Source: Camelus ferus
Lineage: Eukaryota
Direction: 5' to 3'
Assembly (NCBI RefSeq): GCF_009834535.1
Contig: NC_045697.1
Span: 64,792,001-64,856,000, forward strand
DNA length: 64,000 bases
The notes under the pieces are model-generated. The model saw only the letters and a program-made list of their open reading frames with translations. It was not told the origin of the DNA and searched no databases. Positions within the stretch are counted from its first letter, which is position 1, and each line of letters opens with the position of its first letter. The position numbers and the translations under genes were made by a program. Shown here in pieces: positions 38,947 through 51,010 of the stretch.

Positions 38947-39762
38947 GATTCTGGATATTTTGCTATAATCATCTTTGCCATAGATACTTTTGCCACAAGA
39001 ATTTTTGCTGCACAAATTTTTGCCGTATAATGAAGTGGCTGTAAGGCAATTTTTCCAAAAGATAACATAATTTGTTGAAAGTTTGGTTTAATGTATATAA
39101 TACAGAAATCATGGCAGATGATGGTGATTTGCCCCAAGAGCTGTTTTTTTTTTATTTTTGAAACACCCTACACTGGAGGAGAAAAAGGCTGAGGGTCTCG
39201 AAGGCTCAGAGTTGAACTTGCATTTCCCATGGAACTTTGTAATGTCTCTCAATGGGCATGTGACAATATGCCAAGAACAAACAACAGAATATAAAGCTCA
39301 GTTACAAATATGCATTCTAGTATTTGGGAATTGATACCTGTCTTAATGAAGGAAGAAATTTTAGTGAAAAAACAAATGTGCATTGCTGAACAAAGAGATG
39401 AATCAACAAGAAAAAAAAAGTGTGTGAAATACCATGAACTAAAGACTTGGAAGACCCAGTGCTTAGATAACACCCCATAAAGTAAAAAGTCAGTAATTTG
39501 CCCAGTATTACCTTGAATCTACATACATTTTAAACACATTCAGATATTTCACATTTTCTCAGTAAAGTTGTTTTAATTTTGATACTCATTTCTCATGCTT
39601 TATTATGTCATTTATATGTTCCTCTTTTATTGTTTGTCATTTTATCTTTTACAGCAAAATTGCCTTACGGGCAGTTATTTATGTAGCAAAAATGTTTGCA
39701 GAGAAAATGTTTGAGGCAATGATGTCGACAGCAAAGATGCTTATGGCAAAATATCAGATGCA
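38947..39762 (+). mobile_element. Internally deleted MULE-MuDR DNA transposon (Ricksha_c-like)
   Basis: ~120-bp terminal inverted repeats built of ~15-bp sub-repeats. 9-bp TSD aaaaattat (38938-38946) / aaaaattac (39763-39771). Internal frame from 39223 reads FPMELCNVSQWACDNMPRTNNRI*SSVTNMHSSIWELIPVLMKEE. Confidence 0.85.
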
Positions 39763-39869
39763 AAAAATTACAAAACAGAATATAAAATAAATATAATTAA
39801 TATGTTTCAATAAGACAGAATCAAAATAATTAGTGAAAGCATAAGACCCTCAAAGATGACTAGGCAGAA

Positions 39870-40130
39870 TTCAGAAAAATGAAAAACAAACAGAAAACAA
39901 AAAAAGAGAACTTCTGGAAATGTAACATAGCTTTGAGATTAAATCTCATTGGAAAGTTAGAAGAGTAAGTACAGCTGAAGAGAAACTTACTAACTGGACT
40001 ACAAATCAGAAGAAATTTTGCAGAATCAGTCATAGAGAGGCAAAGAAACTTTAAAAATGAGATAGTTTAAGAGACATGAGAGATCAAGGATCTAAAAAGA
40101 CATACACATAGAATGGAAGAGAAGCAGTTT
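39870..40130 (+). mobile_element. Degraded L1/HAL1 ORF1-region fragment
   Basis: A-rich sequence with gaacttctggaaatg, acagctgaagagaaa and gtttaagagacatgag, typical of the ORF1 coiled-coil region. Confidence 0.5.
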
Positions 40131-40264
40131 CTGGATGTTGGCATCTGGTAACAGCGTAAATGAAGGAAGTTGAGTGTGCAGTTCTGTAGTAGACTTTAAC
40201 TTACATTACATTCTTCTGTTTTTAACCTAAATCCCTCTGTTTTCATTGACTTGTTCATGGTGTC

Positions 40265-41145
40265 CAGGATGTGCTGATAAATTATTAAAAACTGCTTCAA
40301 ACAAAATAAAAAATGAAAATGTGCATGCAAATGTGCATAATATATATTTATTATAAATTTTACAAAAAATAAAGGATGTGTAGCATACAGTTTACAAATA
40401 ATAATAAAATACTATTTCTTACTTTAGTATACATTCCATATAGCCAATTGATTCTCACAAAATGTTTTCACTGATTTTTACAAAGTCTTTGTATCCATAA
40501 TCAACCTGTGGTTAAAATTCAACCTTACTTTGGCAAATAGCATTGCATCCTGATCCACCAGCACTTTATACATGAAATTATTATCATTTGATCTGATATG
40601 TGATTTATTGTTAAAGTATTTTTCACACTTGTAAAAATTATATTCATTTAACTGAAAGATCGTTTCAGCTTTATCAGTAGATACAACACACTTGTAGGTT
40701 TAATCTGTATTATTTGTATTTTCTCCATTACTTTCTTAAACCTAGACAAACAACAAAATAGTAAATCAAGCTGTGACTTACAGTGTTTGTTGATTTCCAC
40801 CAATGTGTAAATATTCTCACCAAGGCCAATTTCAAGTTATCATATGATGTCACTGAACACTGAGTTAGGAAAAGGTGTGCAATAACACATATTATATAAT
40901 ATTTATATAAAATGAATAGTATTTCTACCATATAAATACAGATAAAGTTTAGAGCATAGCTAAAAGTAAAACAATTGGGAACATAAGAGTTTTGAATTTA
41001 TTATTGTTGTCTTTAATATAAATTAATTGAAAGTTTATATAATTTATGTTTTAATAATTGCTGTGTTTAACCACCTCGTACCACACTCCTGAAGTTACAG
41101 CAGTAGGCTCTCAAAAGGCAGTGGAAGCAGGGTGCCAGGCTCCTG
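40265..41145 (-). mobile_element. MER63-like hAT-Blackjack DNA transposon (long form)
   Basis: Left end caggatgtgctgataaa. Internal ggccaatttcaagttatca...atgtcactgaac, tagtatttctaccata and aagtttatataatttatgttttaataattgctgtgtttaac match the reverse complement of MER63 as recalled. Confidence 0.75.
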
Positions 41146-42991
41146 TTGGTATTCATGATTGTGGATAGCTCCCACTATTTTTCCAGGTAGAATTCTCCTA
41201 TGAAGAATGAAATGATTTGGAGGATGCTGGTTGTGCAGGATTAAGGAGACTGGAAATTCCCCAACCCTCTGTTCGCTAACTTTCAGCAGATATTTTCCCC
41301 TTCGTCCATAACTCCTATGGGACTCATACTTCCGAGCAAGGATTCTCAGTTTTCTGAGGACAAATTACGATCTCTTGTTGTTCCTCCCTTTACAGACATT
41401 TAAGTAGGCTGCTTCTCCTTTACTAAGTCAGTTGCTTCTACTCTTGTCTTCCCGAATCACTTCTTGTTTTTTTCTTTTAAATCACTTTTTTTCACTTTTT
41501 CTTTGTTACAATTTGTCTTATTCTTATGCCATTAATTGTGGGTGGGTGATGGCTATTGATGAGGTAAATGCAATAAACTCCTAGTGTCAGTCCTTTCATA
41601 TTTAGTCAGATATTCAGTTGGTATTTCTTAAATGTATATCATAATCTTACGACTTACCAAATGTAATTAGTACTGAGGATGTTATACAAAATTGGAATAG
41701 CACAAATTCAGTAGTACCTTTGTACCTGTTGATCTGTATGAAATGAAACTAGAAAAATTACTCTTCTTAACATGCACTTTATTAACCCAATGAATTTGTT
41801 TTTTCTCTTAAGTATGCTGAGAAAAAGATCAGTCCTTACATCCTTAGATATGCAAAATTTATAGGTGTCAGAGTCTGAGGATCTTGATAAGGTCTAATCC
41901 CCTGGGATGTTAATAAATATTACTGTTGTGTCAGGTACTCCATCTTAGTATATATACCACATAGGATCATTTCAGACCTCAGTACATCTGTCATCTTGTG
42001 TATTGCTTTAAATCATCCCCATTGAACTACCTCAGAGTGCTTCACATGAAACACCCCTAGGTATTCAGTTAAGCACTGGGATTTGCAGAAAGGTGTCAAA
42101 AGTGAAAAGAGAAAAGAGGTGGAAAATGGAATTGGATATAACATGCCTGTTGCTGTCAGGGACAATTTCTTCTCCTCAAATAGCCAGAAAGCCTGTTACA
42201 GGTTTATAACGATATATAGGCAGGGTGATGAATAGAAAAGGACATAAGCCTAGTAGTGTGTATTTGGGGAAATGTGTTCAAGATGTATAAAAATTAGATT
42301 TTTTTGCATTTTAATAACTGAGTATTAGATCACTAAAATACTGAAGGACATACTTTAAAATGCATTTTCTATTTTTTTCTTCTTTAGTTGGAAGAACATT
42401 TTAGGATAAATAAGACTGTAGGTGTTTATTCACAATAGCACAATGGAAGTAACTATACTGTTCTTCACTTCAACATTTCCTAAATTTGAATGTAATGCTT
42501 ATAGGAATCCATTTGGAAAGTCGTGTTAGAATTATTCCTGAGCCCAGCTGATTACAACATTGTGATAAAAGGGTGTTTCCTTGGTGTTGTAAAACATTTC
42601 CAAACTTGTAGTATTGTCCAAGTTCATATCATGAAATCCTGAGTGTAGACATCTGTCATTTTACAGACTAGGCTATAAGGAATCAGTTAAATAGTATTTA
42701 GCCATTTTTCTACTGCTCTGTTCATGTGTTTACAGTTAACAGAAATCTTTAAAAATGGCTATGCTGATGTTTGCATAGCATATCTTTCCATCCTCATGCT
42801 TCATCCCATCTCTGTATGCATTCAGTGTCACAGTTACCATTAGTTACTTTAGAATTCCTAGAATCATCATTTTGTAACTCAATGTTTTTTTTCTCTTGCA
42901 AATAGACTTCTTCTCTCTGGGAGAACAATTTTCACTCTTTTCTGCCCCACCAAAACTTTCTCACTTTTTAATGGCTCAAGTGCCATTTTCT

Positions 42992-43796
42992 TTTTTTTTT
43001 AATTTAGTTTTTTATTGAAGTGTAGTTTATTTACAATGTTAGTTTCAGGTGTACAGCAAAGAGATTTAATTATTTTATACACACACACACATACATACAC
43101 ACAAGCATATTTTTCAGATTATTTTCCATTATATGTTATTACAAGAAACTGAATATAGTTCCCTGTGCTATACAGTAGTTCCTTGTTTATCTGTTTTATA
43201 TATAGTAATGTGTATCTGTTAATCCAAGACTCCTAATTTATCCCTTTCCCAACCTTTTCGCTTTGGTAATCGTAATTTTTTTCTTTGTCTGTGAGTCTCT
43301 TTCTGGTTTGTAGATAAAATTTTTTAGATACCACATATAAATGACATCATATGATATTTATCTTTCTCTGGCTGACTTAACTTTACTTAATATGATAAGC
43401 TGTAGGTCTGTCCATGTTACTGCCAATGGCATTCTTTAATTCTTTTTTATGGCTGAGTAATATTCCATTGTATACATCTACCATAACTTGTTTAATCCAT
43501 TCATCTACTGATGGTCATTTAGGTTGTTTCCATGTCTTGGTCATTGTAAATAGTGCTGCTGTGAACATTGGGGTGCATGTCTTATTGAATTGGAATATTC
43601 TTTGGATTTATGCCCAGGAGTAGGATTGCTGGATCATAGGGCAAGTCTACTTTTAGTTTTTTAAGGAACCCCCATACTGTTCTCCATAGTGGCTGCACCA
43701 GTTTACACTTCTACCAACAGTATAGGATGGCCATTCTGACTGGTGTGAGGTGGTACCTCATTGTAGTTTTCATTTGCATTTCTCTAATAATTAGCG
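42992..43796 (-). mobile_element. 5'-truncated artiodactyl-type L1 3' end, antisense
   Basis: Poly-T followed by tttattgaagtgtagtttatttacaatgttagtttcaggtgtacagc, gaatatagttccctgtgctatacagtag, gtaaatagtgctgctgtgaacattggggtgcatg. Candidate TSD cattttct at 42984-42991 and 43807-43814. Confidence 0.9.
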
Positions 43797-46700
43797 CTTG
43801 AGGAAACATTTTCTGCATACTAAAGCATTCCTTAACCTGATACGCTTTCTTGTGGATTCCTTCTTTTGATTCTTCCATAGCATCCTGTGCTTAATGCTGG
43901 AACTATTACCCTGTATTGTAATCAGTTCTTTTCTTGGTTCTAACCTACTGAACCTTAAACTTCTTTTGAGTATGGATTGTGTCATATTTATATTCTTAAC
44001 AATAAGTAATATGTATCATTAACAGTTAAGCAATTTTCTCTTATGAGATATTTTATTCTGATGGAATTAGGCATTGATGAAAGAGTGAAGTGGGAAGAAA
44101 ATACATTAAAGAGGCTGGAAAAATTAGTAAGTTATACTATACAAGTTTACTAACTTAGATTGTTTTAAATATAATCCAGTTAGAGGTTACATCTATGTGG
44201 GAAATTAAGGTACTTAGTGCATTGTAATTATAAACTGAAATAATTTAGCAAAGCTCATGTCTGAAGGGGATATCATATTACAGGAAGGAGATACTTCTTG
44301 GATTTATGTAGTGAATAATAATAGGATAAAGCAAGATGGAATCTTTTTCTCTCTCTCTTTTACTCTTTTTCCTATCTCTTTGTTCTGTCTCTCTTAAGTA
44401 ATGAGTTCTGTAATGTTCTCTAAAGTCCCTAAGATTTGAAGTATCTGGATAAATGCTCTAGAAGTCAGTGTAACCAGATCATGTTTTATATAATAAAGCA
44501 ATATTTCAAAAAAATATGGAACTCAGGATATGGTCAATGTACTGCCAGAGGGAAGAGTAGAAGTATCTCAGAGCTGGGATGATTTAATTTAGAAAGTGTA
44601 AAATGCAAAGGCTCAGGGCTTAGTGTTTATTTACTGAGCTCTATATTTATTCTGCCAGGGAAAGATGAAGCACTTTATTAAAATTGAATTATTTAATCTA
44701 TAAATAAGATATTGAGCTTTAATTATTTCGAATTATTTTTCAGATCAGAAATTCTGTGATTGTGAGACAGAAATAGCATTTGTACTTAAGTGTTTTAAAT
44801 TTTTGTTCTAAATAGAGTTTTTATTTCATTTGAGTTGTGGCTGAAAATATTTTTTCAACATGAAGCAACTTTACTTTGATGTCTGTGTACCTTTATTCAC
44901 TTTTGCATGGTGAGATAAATAATGAATAGATTTTGAGTGTATTGTCAAATATGATTTCAAATCCAAAAATTGGTTGCCTAAATTGGATTATGTGGATTTC
45001 ATTTAATTGCAAGAGAGAATGTTTAAAAATAAACACTTTCCTAATGAATGTTTTTGTAACTTTTGAAGGGTATTAGATATCCTTGATTTTGTGTTTAATT
45101 ATTTTCTGCCCAGGAAAACACTTTATGTTGCTCTGATCATCCATAAATAATATGTCTTGACATTTAAAAGACTGAAGAGTAACCAGATTTTAATATTATT
45201 AGAAATAATGAATGCTTTGTTCTATCTAAGTTTTACTTTCTTGATGTTTAGAATTTCAAATAACTTTCCATGCGTTCACTGTTGGAAAGGTCATTCAGGG
45301 TTGAAAATTTTCTAATTTAAAATCTAAACACGGCCTTAAAATTTCCACCTTTTGATACACTTGCTTGTATAATTAGTTGTTATTGGAACTACACTATTAT
45401 CACATATAACTAAAGAGTACTGTCTTCTCTAATTCTTAAAGAAAACCAGTTTGCTTTATTTTTCCATTGAAACAGTTTCTAGTTCTGAATTTTGGTTCCT
45501 TACTTAACCTTTTCTTCCCTTAGGAATTCAAAGACTGTGGCTGCAACTTGTACATTGAAAATAATTGAGACACCTAAGTAGATTTGGTTAATTAAACAGT
45601 TTTTACAGTGTTCCTGAATGGCAAAATGATTTCAGAATTCAGTGTAATTCATCCCCTAGCAAAAGAAAATCATATACTGTAAAGGTGTACTAGGAAGGAT
45701 AAACAGTAGCTGAGGACACCATAACTTCTGAGAGATGAAAAAGTCCCTGGCATAAGCTCAACCACTACAAACCCTGCCTTTTAGTAGCTTTATAAAGAAC
45801 ACACCTGTGGAAATTGGTAATCTTGGACTGCCTTTAAAATGACAGTGGTACATGTTAAAACTCCTGGGGAAAACAATGAAAAGAACAAAAAATTGTGAGG
45901 AAGAGAAGGGAGACAATTTTTCATTTTATATTAGTTATCAGCAAATTTTATGTTAAACTACATAAAACAAATTTCTAAATTCTGATTTATTTCTTTGTAC
46001 CTTCTGTCTCTCTTCTCCTTTCCACTATTTTTGAACCAGTCATTGTTTATGATATGTTAGAGAGAAAATAAGACAGATTAAGCTTTATGACCCAGAAAAT
46101 CATTCAGTTACCAGTGATAAAGCCTGTACTATCTGCAAGCTTTATTATATTTTAAGAGGAACAAATAATGATTTTTGGTGTAGCATATTTCTGATGTATT
46201 TACACATTCAATGTATCAGGATGTCCATAGATGAAAGTTTAGGGCATATTAACCATATTTATTAAAAGGGTAACAAAACCACTATGAGTTGTCCTAAATC
46301 TAGCTAAAGGTACTCTGAGTAATATAAAGATTATCCAAATATTTTGCAAAGTCAATGGAAATTCTTCTGATTTCTTGTGCTGGGGAATATTGCCATTGTC
46401 ACAAATTAACTGTGAAGATGATCACTCTCGCGAAAGGTGTAAACTTGATTAATTGAAGCACATAAAGCAGAAGTTTACTTATCTCTCTTCTTTTACCACC
46501 GTCTACCTATAAAAGGACAAAGGAGTCATGTTTTATTCATTAACTACAAATTTTTAAATTTGCATTTTTAAAGTTTTCCAAGGTGAAGGATAACAGGATT
46601 GTGGCAGAGCTGAACATTGTGACTTTATTGTTCCTAGGGCACTCTTAAAACTCTCAAAGACATATCTGCCACCAGGTACTGAATTTGCTTAACACTCAGG

Positions 46701-49700
46701 TTACTAGCACATATGGCCTTTTGCACTTGAAAATTCCATGTTTTATTAAGGTGCAACTAAGATGTCTCTTTTTGATGCTACAAAGGTAAGGGGGAAGGTG
46801 TAGAAACACACTCTTAAGGAAGAAATACACAAAGCAAATTACTAACACTGATTAATATTCTAAATCTTTACTTTGAAAACATCAATTTTTGGAGATGTGG
46901 ACACAGAAGATGAAAGTAGACAAAGTAGTGTTTGGGGCATATATGCGAGTGTGTGTGTGTGTATTTGAATAAAACAGAAGAATCTAAGGATCTAAGGGCA
47001 GGGAAATATCTATCAGAGAAAAGCTAAAAAATACATATATACACTATCCAAAACATTCCTCTTTTTTTTCCCAGACTTTCCAGACCATACTGAATCATCA
47101 TTGATCTCTTATTTCATCAGAAGCAACAATATCTAAAACTGAATTTTAATTCATGTGCATTCTGTGCTGAATGAAAGCAAGAGAGTGGGGCAGAGCAGTG
47201 GGTTGAGAGATTTAAGTAAATTCACTGGGTCAAACAGAAATGTTGGCAGCTGCAGTAAAGCTCTCCCTTCACTGCGTTGCCAGAGCTTCTCAGTTCTGAC
47301 CCACAGTCACAGTGCCAAGAGCTGCCAGAAATGCCAAGTGTGTGCTGATTTTGTGATGTAGAGAAGTAGGGATTTGGGTGAGAATACTTAATTGTTTTGA
47401 ACTACTATGTTTGGTTGGAGTCTGAGCCAAAGTCTCCAGACATAAAAAGAAATAGTGGTGAAAATCCCCAAGCACAAACATACGTTGCATTTATCGCGTG
47501 GATTGTAAGCGGGACATCTGAGTCAGCAGCACTTTGAGTTGACTTCAGGCCTTTGTTTTCTAATTATGATGGCTAAAGGAAGATAACAACATTTATTTTT
47601 GTGAACACTTGAGACTAAAGAGATGTTTTCAGCTGCCCTCAGACACTGAGTGTTTGTCATTTGGATGTACTCTTCACCAGTGAGGTTTTACTTCTTTATT
47701 ATTTCTCCATCAGACTTAAGTATAAAAACATCTTGCTTGTTATTTCCCATGAGCTTCTTAGATAGGATTTTAGGTGTCCTTTAGAAAGCCTTTTTGCTTT
47801 TCTTCTTAAGAATTTGGAGTTTGTGAGTTTATTTTGTTTTGTATGGATTTTAATTGAGTTAGGAGACACTGTAGAATTTTTTTTTTAATTCTTCTACATG
47901 CTTACTGTATACCTTTAGGAAAGAAAATACCTTGAAACAGTTTAAAATATTCTCACTTGTAAAAATCATGCAAAAATATACACTGTTTTAGCTGATTTTT
48001 ACTACAGAACATTACAAAACCTTCAACACAACTGATATTTTTGAAGTACATTTTCAGTCATTGAAAATGGTCTTCAATATCTCTAATTCCAAGGCTATTA
48101 TGTTGCTACCAATTAATCCATAGATTATTTACAAAAATAATTTTATTTAGTAAATAGTAGTTTTAATATATTTCATCTGGTTTTGTTATTTAAACATCTA
48201 TTTATCAATATTACATTTGCACAAGAACTTTACAAATACATCATATCAGAGAAGTTGATGAGCACCTTCTGTTTCTGAAGAAAATGGGTTGGTAAGAATG
48301 AATTCAAGATTGGAGAATAATGTTGAAAACTAGCATCTGATTAATCATGAATTGTTCACGTTGAATATCCTGCGTAGCTCTTTTATCATATACTATATAA
48401 GTAATGGATTGTAGGATCATTTTATATTTTAGGGACTATTTAAAATTAGATTATACCAGTTTTGACTATTAGTACCATAGAGTTTGAGCTGTCTTAATCC
48501 TGCTTGAATTACTATTTTGTTGAAGATTATTAATCACCAGCTGCCATCATGCAGTGGCAGGTTTCCAAGACAGCACTCTGAGGACTCCTCTGTTCATCCC
48601 TCTGTCCCAGGGTGACATAGTGTAGAAGCCTTTTTGGCTTCTTTGCAAAAGAATGTAATTGCCTCTAAAATGTGTGTATTATCACCAAGTTTAAACTCAG
48701 AGGATATTCAGGGAAAAAAAATCCTCAGGTATTTCATCCAGAACAGTCAAGTTGATACCCAGTGATACTGTTTGTTAAGAATCACATGAATTCACAGGAA
48801 AAAATAAGTTCTGGGTTCTTTGCACTTCAGACTCCTTTCCTCACCCTCTACCTATCCATTCCTGGTGACATATTTCACAGGGTCACATGGTGGTAAGGGA
48901 CAGTATAAGAAGAGAAAGACTTTGGCCTTTGAATCCTGTCAAGTATTCATTTGTACATTCTAGTGGTTTTCATGTAGTCAGACTTCAGCACACTGAATGG
49001 TGACATGTCAGAGGTTGCATTATTGATGATAATGCTGCTCTGTAAAGTGTGGACGCTCAGTTTCCAGTGTCTCCTGCCAACACTGACAGATCCCACGACA
49101 GGTGCAAATTTGACTTCACACATCACAATTGAACATGCCGAGCCTAAATATTACCTGACTGTGCTTAAGTTTTCACTTCTTTTGCTCTCTGTGTTCTTAT
49201 CACTTCTTGGGATTTGTTTTGTTTTGTTTTGTTTTCAGAGTAAAGGAAATTTGGAAAAGTTTATAAACTTAAGTTTCAAAACTTTTCATAATTTCTCTTC
49301 AAACATATGTTCTGAAAAATATCCTTATCATAGTAACCAACCTATTATTTTCAGTTCTCATGAAAATTAAATTATATTTATTTGAATTTCAGATATATTT
49401 ACATTTAAAAATAAATATTTTCAAATTTTTATTTTTAATATTACATAAATATAAAGCTATTACCTCTAGTCTTTTATCTCAAATAGTATTTTCAAATAAC
49501 TGGCTTTCAAAATTTCAAAACAGAGAATAGACAAACATCTAAAATAAAACCTCTGTGGAGAATTAGTTTTTATTTTATATCTGCTGTTTTTTTTTAAATT
49601 GCATTTTCATCTAAGAATCCTGCTGAGACTGTATTAACAGGTTTGATCAGATTATTAAAAGGCATGATGGCAAGAAGTTATAAGCAGTATACAGAATACG

Positions 49701-49929
49701 TTAAGTAAAAGCATGGTTTGTTAGTTCAAAACAGAATGAAGCTTAATTTTCATTTTAATAAAACATGATACTTGATCTTTCACTCACTCAACAGTGTTTT
49801 GCATTAAATTGTTCCATTATATTGCTGTGAATATGTTCATATGATTACAAGTGACCACATAACTTGCAGTTGAGATTTTTTGTGGAGATACGGGCTTAAG
49901 AGAATGTGAATTTCTTTTATGAAGGGGAT

Positions 49930-51010
49930 GAGTTCAGTTTGATTTCTTGAATCTATGGATTGGTGTCTTTTTGCTGTGTCTGAGAATTCACATTTTTATC
50001 TGTGCCTCATTCTTGCTCTTTCCAACTTCTAGAACTTGGATTAGATATGTGATTTTGACATACTCACTTGATCATACATATCCCTTAACCTCTCTTTTAT
50101 ATTTTTCATCTCTTTGTCTTATAGTATACTCTCTCACAAACACATTAGTTATTTATGTATAGTACTCTGCTCTTCAACCCATCCATCGAATTTTTAATTT
50201 CAAATACTGTATTTTTCATTTGTAGCAGTTTTGTTTGATTCTTTTTTTGTATCTGTGTGTGTTTAATTATATTATCAAACCTTTCTTTTATTTCTTAAAA
50301 TATAAATATATGTTTTCTATTTTGTTTCTCATAGTTTTAATTTCTGAATTTTTCATATCATTACTCCTGTCTTTGTTTCAGCTAGCTTTCACTCATGGTG
50401 CCTTATTTCCATGTTTTTCATGACTTAAAAAAAAGCAAAACCTTAGGTGCTTATTTTTTTCCTATCAAAATTCCTTTATATCTGAAGTATAAATTAAGAA
50501 AAAAATTTGCTTTGCTTTTTATCAGCTATATGGAAGCTCTGATGAAAACTGACCTTTTAAAATTAAATTCTTAACATGACATTTTTTTCTGGAACCCAGA
50601 GAATAGGGAACCTAGATTCTTCTTTGTGAGTTCTGGCTAATGATTTTGAATTCTCAGGAAAATTTTTCTTTTTCTCTGCTTTGAACCAGTGTTACAGAAA
50701 GAAGGATGATAAATATATTTCTAGTTCACCTGTATACTGAAGATGCAAATTTTTGATGTCCAAGGATTAAGGGTCCATAAGAACCGACACTCAAGTTTAC
50801 TGGCTTAGCAGATGTCTCTAAGGCAAAAGCCACCTTCATATTTCCATGTACCTCTGTGATCCTTTCCTTCAGTCCCTAGCCTTGGTGTTGCTTACTTTCT
50901 TGCCTATTCATGTATATAATTGAGATTTAAGAAATAATGTGTTTTATCCAGTATTTAGTATATATTTTAAGTAGGACATTCTATCTGGACATCTAATCTG
51001 CCCTGTTGCA
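49930..51010 (-). mobile_element. Highly degraded L1ME/HAL1-like fragment
   Basis: T-rich strand with ttcttgaatctatggattggtgtc, tcttcaacccatccatcgaatttttaatttcaa and ctttcactcatggtgccttattt. Confidence 0.5.

Noticed and set aside
41170..41192. Recursive-splicing AG|GT site (tttttccag|gtagaa); similar weak motifs at ~51410-51432 and ~61350-61370
   Set aside because: Donor or acceptor parts are weak, and such motifs are expected by chance in 64 kb. Saw-tooth RNA-seq evidence would be needed.
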